Source: Tubiluchus corallicola
Lineage: Eukaryota > Animalia > Priapulida
Length of the DNA: 64,000 nt
Assembly: GCA_030141605.1 (NCBI GenBank)
Contig: JAQGDQ010000340.1
Span: 62,001 to 126,000 of the forward strand
Reading direction: 5' to 3'
Positions within the stretch are counted from its first letter, which is position 1, and every line of letters begins with the position of its first letter. A program made the translations under genes and the position numbers. This document shows positions 1 through 13,825 of the stretch, piece by piece. Under the pieces are notes generated by a model. It ran no database searches. It had not been told where the DNA came from and was given only the letters and a program-made list of their open reading frames with translations.

Positions 1-560
1 TGTAAATTTAAACTCTCACAATGACAGTTAGATGCAGCCATTTTGATCATAAGTCATTTAAAACAAGTTTAGATAACGTTGCGCGAAGTTTGAAAACAAT
101 AATCAGAGCATTCGTAGTACACTCTTCGCTAACTAAGCAAAATTTTAAATGTCTTGTCAATAAGAGTAAAAATACGTTTTTGGTTAGTTTTGGGTAGTGC
201 ACCCTGGAGGTGAGTCAACGATAATTTGGTGAAAAAATTTTTAATAATTAATAATTTTATTTTCTAGTTACATAAGTCTTTTAAGCAGGTAAGCAAAATG
301 CTAAGTATTATAGATTTGCATGGAACGTTTTTGGGACATAATTTAACATTTCCTTTTCTACCCGTGATCTACACATTGTGCATCACTTCATGCATATAAC
401 GGCGCTGTCGGAACAGTATTGTGGGAGATTTAACATCAAAACAAAGAAAAAATCCTTTCAACGCAAGTACGATATAGTCATAAAATTGCTGTAAAATAAT
501 ATAACTTTTTATGCCAGTTTTCTGAAACTTACTTCAGGTACCCCTCTTCTTGTCCTTTAA
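1..560. mobile_element. Non-autonomous DNA transposon (MITE-like) family A, partial copy
   Basis: Similar to 50630-51308, 34290-34575, 9040-9766 and 15751-16490; ends ...cttgtcctttaa (TTAA-flanked AGG/CCT terminus, Kolobok-like). Confidence 0.65.
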
Positions 561-1244
561 TGTCAGGACACAGAATCTTTCTAGATTGTCGAAGAAATAC
601 AGTCATAGGTTTAGAAAGATCCTTGTGCCAAATTAGCTCAGTCAGTTAACTAATTTATGTATGGGTCATGTAATTAGCATAGCATTTAATGTAAAGTTCA
701 AGGTCACATCTATGTGACCTTGAAGCCCATCCACATATAATGAAATCAAGTTCAAGTTAGGTAGGTGGCAGGAAACGTGATAACGTGAAATTTTCACATG
801 TGCGTGGCAGCATCACTGGTTGTCATCAGCCGTTAGGGGAAGGAATCGGTAAAATGGGTCGATGAGAATGACTTGAGTGAAATGGGGCTGCCACGCCTCA
901 ACTGCCGATGCTAGTAGAATCGACTGACGGTTTCCCGTTAATTAACACAAATGATGTTGTTGCCTGACCTTCGGAGAAAAAAGAATAAAATGTACAAAAA
1001 AACTACATCAGTGTGAGAGGTAGGTAGGTAGTGGGGCATATGATAATGCTATTATGAAGCAACATAGGTAGGTCCTCGAAATCCCCCAAAACCCTTATGT
1101 TGTTATATGTGGATGGTCCCTAGACGAAAAACTCACTCTACGCTGCAATAGACGAAAAACAAATTTGTGACAAACAAACAAACGTCTGTAAATAGTCAAC
1201 CTACTTACTATTTGTTGACATGTAGATTTAAAGGAAAAGTTTAC

Positions 1245-1346
1245 CTGTAAAAACTGTGTCTGTAGATTCCAGTAATCACCTTTCGGCAGACCATCGAGCA
1301 CCAAGGATAGCAAACATAGCAGTCGCAGTGAGTTTGCAACCGGATA
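1245..1346 (-). CDS. VPS33B: VPS33B exon 13 (gene continues beyond the left edge)
   Basis: YPVANSLRLLCLLSLVLDGLPKGDYWNLQTQFLQ; matches SLRLMCLLS...GL..KDY..LKTQYLQ. Confidence 0.93.
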
Positions 1347-2349
1347 CTAAAACATACAATAGTATGTACAGATAGTACAAAATAGTATACAATGGTCAGG
1401 TGGATATAAATATAGAAGTGAATCTGTCAACATATTAGAAATAACGAAATACAGAAGATCAATGGAAATACGAGATTTTTTGCATGATGACATGGCCGTA
1501 AGTTAAAGCATGAAAGAGTGACAGCATGTTAATGAAGGACAGTATGAGCATAAATTAACAAAACAATAGGAACAGCATAAAGAACTAAAACAGAAAAGTA
1601 TGGGCACGAGAATGAAGAAGAAGAAGGAGATGAAAGCATGAAACATGAGGTAGACAGCGGTATGAGTAGAACAGAAAGTCAGTGTGCAGCAGCAGAGCTA
1701 AGCCAAGGAATTCATACACAGATTTGGCACATGTTGAGACAGCTTCACGAAAGTTTGGGGAAGTTTTGGCGAGCTTAAACATTTTAAAACGTAAGTCATT
1801 TTTGAAAAAATAGTATGTTTCTTTTTAATGTTTTAAAGAGTAGACTGTTTTGACTTACAGTTTAAGATTGGTTTTGCTTTAAGATTAAGATTAAGATTTA
1901 ATTTATTTGTCTCATTCCGCACATTTATAAAACAATACAAAATTCAAATTCAAAATTCACAAAAAAATTTATATCCTAAAAAACTGGTGTATGAGATGGT
2001 TTTACCAATAAAAAATTACAAAATAAAAAATTCTTTCACGTAAGTCATTTTTGAAAAAATTGTATGTTTCCTTTCAATATGTTAAAGATTGCTTTGACTT
2101 ACAGTTTAAAATTTGATCCAGTTTAGCTCTAAGATAGAAAATCTGTGTAAGCAGCAGCAGGATAATAAAGCACTAATACGTAACAGCATGAACATTAGAC
2201 ACGGGAATGATGAGTTGAAGTATGGAGCATGATACAAACAATTGCTGAAAGACTATAAGGTGTCAATTAATGCATTACACCATAAAAATAAAATAGAAAA
2301 GAGGAGCAATTTGCACACATGCATAATGACATAAAAATTGATAATGACA

Positions 2350-3056
2350 GTTCAGACCAGCGAGTTTTCTGTCGCAAGTTTTCTGACAGCAAACCCGCAA
2401 GTGTGAACTACTTTGCGAGTTACCATCGGGAAGAAATTACTATCTCTTCAACAGTTGTTGCTAGTGTCTTTCCCATCTAGTGTGAACACTTCGGCAAGTT
2501 ACTACTTCCCCCAGCGAACAGAGAAGTGAGTGTCGGTTTGCGCTTACGTCAAACAGTAACTAGCAACAATTTTGTTCTCTAGTCTGAACATGCTCGCGAG
2601 TTACTAAACGAGTTACTTGGCACATTTAATTGGGGAGAATAATAATAATAATTTCGGCGAGTTACTACTTCCCCCAGCGAACAGAGAAGTGAGTGTCGGT
2701 TTGCGCTTACGTCAGACAGTAACTAGCAACAATTTTGTTCTCTAGTCTGAACACGCTCGCGAGTTACTAAACGAGTTACTTGGCACATTTAATTGGGGAG
2801 AATAATAATAATAATTTCGTTTAAGACATAGTCCAAGAATAACACATTAAGTAACTTGATACTTATTTCCATGTTGGTCCCGATTATTATTACCCGCTAC
2901 TTCGATAAACCCGCGTGCTTCGTCGAAGAACCAGCAGTATCATTTTTCAAGCTTTTGGTATGACTCGGTCGAGAGTTGAACTCACGACCGCCCAGCTGGT
3001 AAGCGAGCACGCCATTGAGCTATGCCACCTGGTAGAAAAAACTCGCTTGTCTGAAC
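2350..3056. mobile_element. MITE with about 19-bp terminal inverted repeats, containing an internal ~164-bp duplication and a nested SINE
   Basis: gttcagaccagcgagtttt at 2350 vs aaaactcgcttgtctgaac ending 3056; duplicate blocks start near 2489 and 2653; related sequence at about 4320-4520. Confidence 0.6.
2800..3030 (-). mobile_element. tRNA-derived SINE
   Basis: Minus strand head ggtggcatagctcaatgg (A box) ... gagttcaactc (B box), non-tRNA body, (ATT)n tail; a degenerate related head lies near 57388 on +. Confidence 0.6.
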
Positions 3057-3219
3057 CTACACTTGGCAAAACGCAAAATTGCACCCAGAACTAGTGCCAT
3101 GGCACTGCTCTTAGAGCATTGACACAAAAACGAAATTGTTGTAAAAACGAAAGCTGCCATTTAATAATGGCGGAGTAATTTGAAAACAAAAAACAAAAGG
3201 TGATATGTTTATCCTTTAC

Positions 3220-3284
3220 CTGGCGATTGATTGCTTCTTCTATGCAGCTGATATTTTCTTTTATTTCTATGCCTTCCAGCAAAC
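3220..3284 (-). CDS. VPS33B: VPS33B exon 12
   Basis: SLLEGIEIKENISCIEEAINRQ; phase 1-0. Confidence 0.92.
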
Positions 3285-4018
3285 CTAAACATGAACAATC
3301 CACCCTAGATCTACTTATGTATAACTTAATCAGTGTAATAACACAGATTAATTCTTAGCATTCAAATTATACACAAATATACAAATTAACGGACATGTAA
3401 GGTACACTTGATGAAAGGCTATTGAAAATAAACAGTGGTGCTGCACTCTGTTGGCCAAAATGTTAATATGTGTACTTGCAAACCAAAACTGTCCATAAGT
3501 TGGCATAGTTAAAACTACGTTATGATGCTCTAAAGTGGAATGCACCAAAAATTCGGTCAAACGATAATTTTTTGTTCTTTATAAAAACGAATGCTAAACA
3601 TATTGGACTTTTATATCCTAGCATCAAATTATCAAGAAAATGTTTAAAAAATACTAAAAACTTAATTACATGACCTTGTACCCATTTCTCTAGCTAAAAA
3701 CTAGTACTGCAATTGTAAAATATTTGTATTTTCAAACCCCGATAGTAGCTCATTGAGGCAGTCATTTTGCTTCTGGTTTTTTCTATTGACAAGCCCAGAT
3801 ATTTGCCAAGAAAAGCCATCAATTTGATTTAAAATATGTAACTTCAATATGTGTATACAAGGTCTGTAAAAACCAACTTTTGTGCGGTTGCTAAGTGTTC
3901 TGTAGAAACCCAACAATTACAATGGTAAACCTTAGCTATTCGCACATTAATAATTACCTAAATTGAACTATTACTTGAGCTACAGCATAACAGACAAAAT
4001 TCAAAGTAAGAAACTTAC

Positions 4019-4093
4019 TATGCTCTACTTTTAGCTGATCTTCGAAATTTGTTTTAGACTTGGAATTAACTATATACTCCGATGCGCTAATAT
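4019..4093 (-). CDS. VPS33B: VPS33B exon 11
   Basis: HISASEYIVNSKSKTNFEDQLKVEH|gtaagt; phase 1-1. Confidence 0.9.
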
Positions 4094-4536
4094 CTGTAAA
4101 TATAAATAAGTATATTTATAAATTTATAAATACTATATATTGTTAAATATAAGTTAAAATTTATAAATATTTCTATGAAATAATGTATCCAAAATAAAAT
4201 GGTGATGGTATACACTGAATCATGTTTTAAGTACTATGGTACAGGGTACAGCAGGGATGTTACCGAAACTGAAATTTCAAACCGAAGACGAAATTTATGA
4301 AACATAGGAAATTGTGAACAGTTTTCTGAGTTACTGTGTGAGTTACTGTCTGCAAGTTATTGCAAACTCTTCGTCAGTTGCCGCGAGCTGATTAACTGTC
4401 TAGTGTGAACGCACCAGCGAGTTACTCTCGACACTCATCGCAGCAAATAGAGGCGAGGCTGAGCTCGCCCTTACTGTCACCTGCGAGTTACTTGGCAATA
4501 ACATTGCTAGTTTGAACATGTCATGACGCAACTTAC

Positions 4537-4630
4537 GCATCGCTAGCGACTTGTGCTGCTGTTTCAGCGCTTTCAGTTTGTTGGAAACGAAATCTTTCAT
4601 GTCACTCACACTCGCCAACTTGTTGCGTTG
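4537..4630 (-). CDS. VPS33B: VPS33B exon 10
   Basis: QRNKLASVSDMKDFVSNKLKALKQQHKSLAM|gtaagt; phase 0-1. Confidence 0.94.
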
Positions 4631-5182
4631 CTGAAAAGAAAAACAAAAAATAAATATAAATAGCAAACATGCAAACATGGAATAATGTACAGCGACCATT
4701 TATTTAGAAAAGTGCCACACAACTCAGCCTAAAGTAGTTAAAAAATTATTCAAAGTAGATTTCACAAGTAAATTTTGCCTACTAATGCACTTGAAACTTG
4801 TTATTTCTGTTATCTTTTCTTATTTTGGTGGATTTAACAGAAGTAAAAATATCACTCATTATTTTCTTATTTATTTATTTTTTCTTATTTACCTATAAGT
4901 ACATGACCCACATTCTTGCTGAATGATCACCGCATGTGCATGACAAACGAAGTTAAGCAAAAATGAGACCAGTCACCAAATGGATAAGCTTCCAGCAGCT
5001 TTAATTATCCGCTGTTTTATTTATGACTGTTTATCTCTTTGAGACAGGCGGTATTCACCACCAAGCATGGCGGAGACGCGTCTAATGGTCAGGTATTTCA
5101 ACATAGAAATTTCCTCTTGACAATGAGCTGGGGTCCGATACTGCCACAACAACTACATTACAAACTACTGAACAGTGCTCAC

Positions 5183-5269
5183 TTCGTAATCCACTGCCAG
5201 CTCCTTCGCTTTTGCACTGAAGAAATTCCAGACGTTGGAAAAATGCCGATCCCGAATTTCGTCAAATAT
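5183..5269 (-). CDS. VPS33B: VPS33B exon 9
   Basis: IFDEIRDRHFSNVWNFFSAKAKELAVDYE|gtgagc; matches VFNEIRNEHFSNV. Confidence 0.94.
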
Positions 5270-5485
5270 CTGAAAACAAACAAACATATCGTTTAACAGA
5301 AAACAATTTGATAGTTTATACCCTACCCATTCTCAAGTAGAGTAAAAAGCATATGTTTCAAGACTATTTAATAATGCCAAAACGTTTCTAGTATCAGATA
5401 ATAGGCTAAAAACTTAATTAACGGCAGGCGAGCTCAACTAGTGATGATGACACAACTAAACACAATTTTCAACAGCACAAACATT

Positions 5486-5648
5486 NNNNNNNNNNNNNNN
5501 NNNNNNNNNNNNNNNNNNNNNNNNNNNNNNNNNNNNNNNNNNNNNNNNNNNNNNNNNNNNNNNNNNNNNNNNNNNNNNNNNNNNNNNNNNNNNNNNNNNN
5601 NNNNNNNNNNNNNNNNNNNNNNNNNNNNNNNNNNNNNNNNNNNNNNNN
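5486..5648. other. Assembly gap (N run)
   Basis: Run of N; falls inside a repeat-family copy in a VPS33B intron. Confidence 0.99.
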
Positions 5649-6306
5649 ACATAAGTGCATTGCACGTGTTTGCAAAAGCAAAAATTAAAATAGTGTTACA
5701 TTACAAAATTCAGAGTGATACACAAAAACTTGGCAAATTTTAAATTCATATTCATATTTCAAGTTTACTGCTGTGTTCCTATATGAGCTGTCAAACCTGT
5801 GTACTACGTCACAACTGAACACTCTGAACTGAGAGATGCAGTGCCTGTTTTTTGTGCAATGCATTTCCAAGATGCAGACACTAGTGCACATCTAACTAGA
5901 GAATGGTGAAATGCATGTTACAGCACAGAACTAGTAGCACGAATGCAAAATTGCATTTCTGTGATAATAATTCGTTCACGTAAGTCATTCTTGAAAATAG
6001 GTTCCCTTTCAATATTTTATAGAGTAGATTGTTTTGAGCTATAGTTTAAGATTGGGTGCAAAACTCCTTCAAAAATATTTACAGTGGAATTCATGTAACA
6101 AGTAATACATTACACACAAGCAACATTGGTCATTAAACTTAAACCAACTAGAATCACACGTTTCATGTGTAAATGCAGTTCGATTGTCTTAGAAATTTTG
6201 CTTACAAAGTTTGTTGAACCCATACCACCGTTCTCAAAAAAAATTGTCATTGATTAATCAACATAACGATACGGTGTTTGACTTAAATTCATCACAGATC
6301 AAATAC

Positions 6307-6380
6307 CTCGTCCTGACTTGTCAGAAGAAGCCTAGCATTGTTGTCTTGTCCGACCACTTCAGGACCGAGATCACAATAAC
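6307..6380 (-). CDS. VPS33B: VPS33B exon 8
   Basis: GYCDLGPEVVGQDNNARLLLTSQDE; phase 1-0. Confidence 0.9.
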
Positions 6381-8929
6381 CTAAAATACGAAAAACTACA
6401 AATTTCGGTTTTGATATTTGAGAAAAATCAAAAACGTAAAAATACGAAGATTTTGTTGTTAAGAAACAACAGAAGCATTCACAGTGCAGTAGACTGTTAC
6501 TGTGGTCTTTTATATTGTGGTGCACTCGTGAACGTGGTGTAATAGCACCAAATGTTGTGACAGATAACGATTGAAGTCAACAAAAATGCCTTGAATTGCT
6601 TGTTAATTTCTACCGTTTGTTTGTTAAAAAGTTAAAGCACACTTTTCCAGAACGCAATGTTATGATGGTTAATTTATTTTCCAGTGTGCCTAATCCAAAA
6701 AGTAAAACTATAATAATGAATTCTTTCCAGTGAGCCAAAACTCAGAGGCAGTTTAGAAGTTTGTCTCCACTAAAAGCTAGTGTTAGTCTAGAGAGAGCGC
6801 CAGTCAGTCAGTTCTGTTCCCTGCCTTAGCTCTCTTTTTACAAAACAGACACTACGCTTCACTAAACCAGAAAATAAAAAATTTACATTTTTTTCTAGTT
6901 ATGCCAGCCATTGCAAACACTTAACTAGGTGAACGCCCCAGTTGTGCAGCCCAGTGCCTGGCAGCTCTACCAACACTGAAGTATACATACACAAATGTAA
7001 GAAAAAGCATAAAACTGACATATACAAAATTGTACGGAAAATCAATAACCTTATAACAAGATAAGAAATTCACCAAACCTAAATAAGATAAGATATTTCT
7101 ATTTATCTACTACAAGTACATAGAAACGTTCAGTTATTTTTAACATTTAGTAAATTTTGTAGTATACGTAGAAAAAAATATAATTAGTGAGGAGAAGGGG
7201 TGGCAAACGACCATACGGCCAGGGGCATATCAAATAAGTAAATAAAAAAATTTATTTGTCTCTAGATGTTACAAAATAAACATAAACAAAAGCTAAAAAC
7301 TAAAATAAAGACGGAAAAGAGACGGGGTGGCAAAAAAACCAAAGATCACCAAGTCAACCTCCCCTATCCAAACTGAAGAAAATTAAGTGACCTGTCAAGT
7401 AAGGTATGTACAAATAAAAAATCAAGACATTATGAAATCCTATACTGCTAGCTCAGTCATGCCTATCTCTATTCGGTTTTACGGGTGCTTATATGGAAAA
7501 TGCCTTACATAATCATTGTAGTGTATTAGCAGTATAACTAGTAACTGTAATTAAAATTTTAATTACATATATTCCCATAATGCTTATATCAAAGCAGATA
7601 TGTTAACTGCTTGTGGTGTAGTAGCTTTTACGTAATAATTGTACTTGTTTGTTTTACGGCGCTTATATGAAAGCTTACATAAGTTATAAATCACTTAATT
7701 CACATGGCACATTTACAATAGCTCCGTGTACAATATATGGTGAAAGGGCCTACAATGAATATAATACTATAAGTTTTTATTGTTTCTGCACAAGAAAAGT
7801 CTCACACTATGTTTGCTTATATACCAATGTAAATCTGTTGCAGGGCTCGTTAGATTGTCCCACACCATGAAAGAAAAATAAGTAATGAAAATAAGCTGAA
7901 AATTTGAAGTGAATCGGATGATAAAGAAAACGGTTTAGTGCTTCAGAATGGAATGATATAATGAATGAACTCACATATGAGATGATATAAAAGATAAAAA
8001 TACTATTATTAGTTAAAATATTAAGCATGCACGTATGCAAATTAAGATAACTTGATTAAGATTACTGGACTGTTTTGCCACCACTGTGAGGATGGATACT
8101 GATAGAAGTTTTGATTAATTACTGGTACTCAGTAACTGCTTGTAGCGTGCTATAAACGTCTTACGTAACAAAAAAGGAAAAGCATTTTCCAAGGAGAATA
8201 GGAATTTTTTAATACCAGGCCCCTAATACCATGCGTGCTTGCATAGCAAAATCATCCATAAGTCGGCAATTAATCTTTCCTAGTTATTCAGATATTCTCA
8301 ATCTCCGTTTCATGAAGATCATTTTGGTACCAAGATCGTCACTCTACGTTATTTCTAAAGTGAGATAAACCACGTGGAAGCTGAGGTGCATGTTCCATAC
8401 TAAAAAATGTAAACATGATAAAATCGCTGTTACAGTTAGCCATTGTTTTTTGTTGAGTTTTTACAAAACACTGAGCAATTGCACAAATATCGGTTGTTAT
8501 GGACTTTACAACAACACATTGATGTTATGTTTATCCAGTAGATGGCTCTTCCCAAAGAAGATCTGGCCTTGGCAACAGAAAAAACTCGAAGCAAAACGAC
8601 TGCTTCCATGAGTTACAATCGGAGTTTGAGGTTTTTTCACAATTACGCAACTAGTTTCTAGCCAGAAGTTGGCATGGGGTTATAAAATTAGATTTTTAGT
8701 ATTTTTTGAACATTTTCTTCATAATTTGATGCTAAAATATAAAAGCCCAATATATTTATCCTTAGTTTTTATAAAAAAAACTGATATTTGACCAAATTTT
8801 AGGTGCATTTTATTTTGAAGCATCACAATGTAGTTTTGGATGGTTTTGGTTTGCTAGCACACATGGTGCCCCTGAAAGTTTAGCCTCCTAGGCTACAGCC
8901 TAGTTAGTCTAAATGCGGGGTCAACCTAC

Positions 8930-9007
8930 CACTTTTAATAGTCAGTGCCTCATCCAGTAGTCCTTCATATGCAAGCTGAGAACACATCGGAGTCACGTAG
9001 TCAATGT
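8930..9007 (-). CDS. VPS33B: VPS33B exon 7
   Basis: DIDYVTPMCSQLAYEGLLDEALTIKS; conserved VPS33 motif; phase 1-1. Confidence 0.95.
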
Positions 9008-9039
9008 CTGAAAAACGTGCAAACACACGAGTTGAAATC

Positions 9040-9766
9040 AGGGGAAGAAAGGAAAATGTTAAACTATATCTCAAAAAACTTTCCATGCAAAGTTATGTTA
9101 CTTACCATTTCCCTTGCCTGCTTGAAAGACTTACGTAACTAGAAAAGAAAATTATTAATTATTTAAAATGTTTTCACCAATTGATAAAATGTCGCCAGCT
9201 CACTGTCCAGGGTTCACCACCCACTAACCAAAAAACGCATTTTTAATCTTATTGACAAGATAAAGTAATTTAAAATTTTACTTAGTTAGTGACGTGTGCG
9301 ATGCGAATGCTCTGATTATTTTTTCAAACTTTACTCAAAGTTCTCAAAACTTGTACCAAACGACTTACCATTAAAATGGCTGTGCCTAATTGCCATCGAT
9401 GGAGTTTAAATTCACAAGTTTTATACAGAGTTACTGTCGACACAAGTCCTACATGCAAAAAGGCAGTATGTGAGGGGGATAAAATTTCAAGATGAATTTT
9501 TTAAGCTTTATGTAAGTGGAGGGTTTTCTTGTGCTTTAAAATACTGTAGCCTGTCAACAAGATCAATAATGTGTTTCTTGGTGACTCAGTGGTGCACACT
9601 GGGATAGTGAAGTAGTGTCATTTTACCAGGAACACTTTACATTACTAAGAAATTTGTTTTCCAATTATATTAGTCTTTCAAACAGATAAGCGTAAACTAA
9701 GCAATGTAGCTTTGTATGGAAAGTTCTTTGGGAAGTGCTTTAAAATTGCCTTTTCTTTACCTTTAA
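9040..9766. mobile_element. MITE family A copy with long imperfect inverted arms
   Basis: Left arm aaaaactttccatgcaaagttatgttac mirrors right arm gcaatgtagctttgtatggaaagttc; ends cctttaa. Confidence 0.6.
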
Positions 9767-10557
9767 AGGAAAAGTCAAGCCTTCTAGAAGGTTAGGCTTA
9801 TTTCAATGTTCGCGAAAAATGTTAGAAGAATTTAGTAATAAAACTGCAATAAAAGCTTCGTGTAATTAGTAAAATCACTTTAAAGTCGCGATCACTTCAT
9901 GCTTGGGCGCTCCCATTTTCAATGCTAATTCTTCTTCCAATGACGTCATTTGTCTTGAAGAAAGATAATGCATTGCCAATCTTCGTCAAAAGTATAATAA
10001 GTTTTTACAAAAAAATTAGATAGCTAATTTTGTAATATTTTCGCATGAACATTGGGTAAGTTGCAGAAGTTAGAAATAGTTTAGGCAGAGCGCGCTTACG
10101 GAAAGCCACGAAGTCTCCCAGTTACGTCATGATTTTCAAGTGAATGGCGGCAACCACCATGCCTGAAAATTTCTATTCAGAGGTAGTATATTTTAGATTT
10201 ACGCTTTATAGGCAGTTACTTGCAAATTTCTTTGTTATATTTTTCTACGTTTAAGTGATAACAGTAAAATAAACCTAATATAATGAGTGATTTGTCCATT
10301 CCTTTAAGCTGAATAAAATAGTATGACATATTTATAAATATTTTACTGCCATTTATTGAGTTTTCAGTCAAACAACGAAGGCTTTTTCGCACTGTAAAGA
10401 CTACGCCAAACAATCTGGGCAGGAACCATTTTATGGGATAGCCACAGATGATCACATTCTGTGAAAACATCGAGATTACCAAACATGGCAAACTGTGCAG
10501 CAAGACCTGCATAGGTACAGACAATGACTTCTACTCTATTTTCGGTCATTGGTTTAC

Positions 10558-10651
10558 CTCGGTCGAGCAGAAACATGTGGCCAATCTCATTCTTTAACGC
10601 TCTTGGTGCTCCTTCCAATTCTTCTAATGTTTGTGTCAAATCATAAACCAT
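10558..10651 (-). CDS. VPS33B: VPS33B exon 6
   Basis: MVYDLTQTLEELEGAPRALKNEIGHMFLLDR; matches EIGHIFLLDR of VPS33B; phase 0-1. Confidence 0.94.
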
Positions 10652-10707
10652 CTGAAAATTTAAATTTCAATTTTTAATTTCACAGAATCAAAAATCGTTT
10701 CAATAAC

Positions 10708-11520
10708 AGAGTTTCCGCTACAGTCAAGTGGCAATAATTCCGATTTTGAAAAGACATTACTACAGTCACAGTCTGAAGCATGCCCAGAGAGTTTCCACAA
10801 CAGTTAAGCAGCAAAAATTCCAATTTTGAAATGACATTTATCACAGTCACAGCCTAAACCATGCCCAGAGAGTTTCCGCTACAGTCAAGCGGCAAAAATT
10901 CCGATTTTGAAATAACATTTTCACAGTCACAGTCTGAAGCATGCCCAGAGAGTGTCCGCTACAGTCAAGCGGCAAAAATTCCGATTTTGAAAAGACATCA
11001 TCACAGTCACAGCCTAAACCATGCCCAGAGAGTTTCCGCTGTAGTCAAGCGGCAAAAATTCCGATTTTGAAATGACATTATCACAGTCACAGCCTAAACC
11101 ATGCCCAGAGAGTTTCCGCTACAGTCAAGCGGCAAAAATTCCGATTTTGAAAAGACATTATCACAGTCACAGCCTAAACCATGCCCAGAGAGTTTCCGCT
11201 ACAGTCAAGCGGCAAAAATTCCGATTTTGAAATGACATTATCACAGTCACAGCCTAAACCATGCCCAGAGAGTTTCCGCTACAGTCAAGCGGCAAAAATT
11301 CCGATTTTGAAATGACATTATCACAGTAACAGCCTAAACCATGCCCAGAGAGTTTCCGCTACAGTCAAGGGGCAAAAATTCCGATTTTGAAAAGACATCA
11401 TCACAGTCACAGCCTAAACCATGCCCAGAGAGTCAAGCGGCAAAAGCTTATCTGTTTCTGAAATGATGTCACTACAGTCATGATCTGAATCGTGCCCAGT
11501 ACGTATCGCTACAGTCCCTG
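10708..11520. repeat. 80-bp tandem repeat, about 9-10 copies, VPS33B intron 5
   Basis: atgcccagag recurs at 10861, 10941, 11021, 11101, ... Confidence 0.95.
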
Positions 11521-12872
11521 GACACTACAAATGATTTTTTGAAGAATTTAAATGATTTAATTTTAACTGATTTAAATTGTTTAGACATCAAGAGACGAGG
11601 CAAAATGTACAATTACAAATTAAGCTACAGGTGCTGGTGCTACCTAGCTCGAAATTGTACAGAAACTGTCAATGTTGTTTATGAGAAAAATTTGTAATCA
11701 GTTTGTGACTGTAAAAGAGTACAAATGATTCTTGTCATTGCGATGGTAGGATGACGTCAGTTCTGCTCACGCAATCTCAAAAAAGCTTGAACTCGTCCTC
11801 CATTAGTTAACTTTTAAACCTATTATTTAATAATCAGAAACTGTTGGTCATTATAACAGGTGTTAAACTGTATGCTTTTTACTGTACATCAAAATGGGGT
11901 AGAAAATGAAAAATCAGCCTGTTTCATTTAAAAAGCAAACTTTCTCTGGTAAGGTTCACTTGTAGAAAGTCTTACCAATTAATGTATAGTTTTTAGTAAA
12001 GCCAATAATACTTGAATTTGTGCATTTTGTATTTCTGTGTACTAAACAAGGTATCTTTAAAAAATCTGTTTGCAATTTTGAAAATTCGTTAAATTAAAAT
12101 AAAATTGATGATTTGATAAAAATTGAGATGGTGTACACAGCTGCCAAATACGCCTTTTCACAGTTCCAGGGATTGATGATGATTGTGAAAAGGTCAAAGG
12201 TTAAGTGTACCAGACTAGCATTTGTGTACACTTGACAACTTCTCGCAGACCATCTATTGTAACACAACCGTTTTAGCAGCTAGCTATAACCTTACCCAGT
12301 TCATTTTTTCTTGTTCCCAAGTAAGATTCTGCTCGTAAATCACTCTATGCACAGATTAATACATAATTAAATAAATTTCATGTAAAACAGCTGAAGTTAT
12401 TGAACTGATGAGGCAGACAGCTTTGCTTTACCCACACGTCATGTGAAGGTTGTAGTTAAGACGCAGTGCTGCAGTATACTTAACCTTTGACCTACAACAA
12501 CTGCGCAAGCATACAACGAAAGCATGAAAAGGCTTAATTTTGCACTGCCTTGCTACCCTACCACCTATCTGTGGACGACAATGCTTGCACGAAATACATC
12601 TGGATGGAACACGATTCTCAATTTTTGCAAATATTACAAAATATTCAAATTTGAGGTTCACTAGATTAACTGCTCCCAAGTAGAACATGCAGTTTGAGTG
12701 AGACAGCGCTACTTTGATAGACACTTAGTACGATACAATAGCTTTGACTGATTTATCCATTTTACGATGTTGCTGTTATGGTTTGAAATTGTGGAAAGAC
12801 TTTGTGCTCACCTTCTGCATCCTCGCAAGACAAACTAGAAATCATAGCAGAAAAACACCAGGCACAACAAAC

Positions 12873-12977
12873 CTTGGAAGCATTTCCTTGAATGTAAACA
12901 CTAGGAACGGCACCAAAAACGCACTCTAGATCTTGCACCGACTTTGCCAGCACCTTCAGCCAAGTCTGATCACCATC
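12873..12977 (-). CDS. VPS33B: VPS33B exon 5
   Basis: DGDQTWLKVLAKSVQDLECVFGAVPSVYIQGNASK; 105 nt, phase 0-0. Confidence 0.92.
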
Positions 12978-13825
12978 CTGTGAGAATCATAAAAAAGACG
13001 TTTACGGTGCTAGACGCTTAAGGGAAATATTGGGCAAGACTTTGATCGTGATTTTGAATATTACATTAGATTTCATTTTATTTTTGAACTTGTCCTGCAA
13101 AGTAGTTGATAGCATCTTCTTTTAGATGTAAAAGTACTTTTACGAGTTTACACCCTCTATAAAGCCACACCTGTACATTAATTATACATTAAAGTACTGC
13201 TAATCATGTAATGATAATGTATTAATTATTAATACATGCTTGTCCACCCATTAGTTATATACATTAACCACATATGCTTATAGAGTACCTCGGTTATATA
13301 GTACTTTTTGAGTCCCTAGCAGGTTCGCTTTGATATACTGTACTTTGATATTGTGATGGAAAAGCCTGCTGTAGGTTGTGACCAACTTTATTGATGGCTT
13401 TTTTATTACAAAAAATGGAAAGAATGGGAGAGCTGGATAAAGTGGCCAAAATTTCGCCATAAACTAGCATCACAGTGATCGAAATAGACTATATTTTAAA
13501 AAGAAATAGTAATACATTATGAGCATGTTGTAGTATAGTGTGAGTATTGAAAGTTGCAAATAAATGATGAAGATTTATTTTAGATTTAAATTTATATTTA
13601 CTTGTGTAGACAATCAATTATTAGGTCACGAAAACAATACAAACATACAATGAGAAATGAATGATAATTAAACTGTATAAAACAGGATTAGTAACATTGA
13701 CAAACTTCTGACGAACTGCAAGCAGTTAAACCTAAAACTGAAAGTAATCGATAATCAAATGTATCGATGAATTATTCTGACTTTGAAAAACGTATGAACA
13801 TACATCAAAAGAAAGAAAAAAGGAT

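Noticed and set aside
2960-3030. tRNA gene
   Set aside because: Has A/B boxes but no clean cloverleaf and continues into a SINE body and tail
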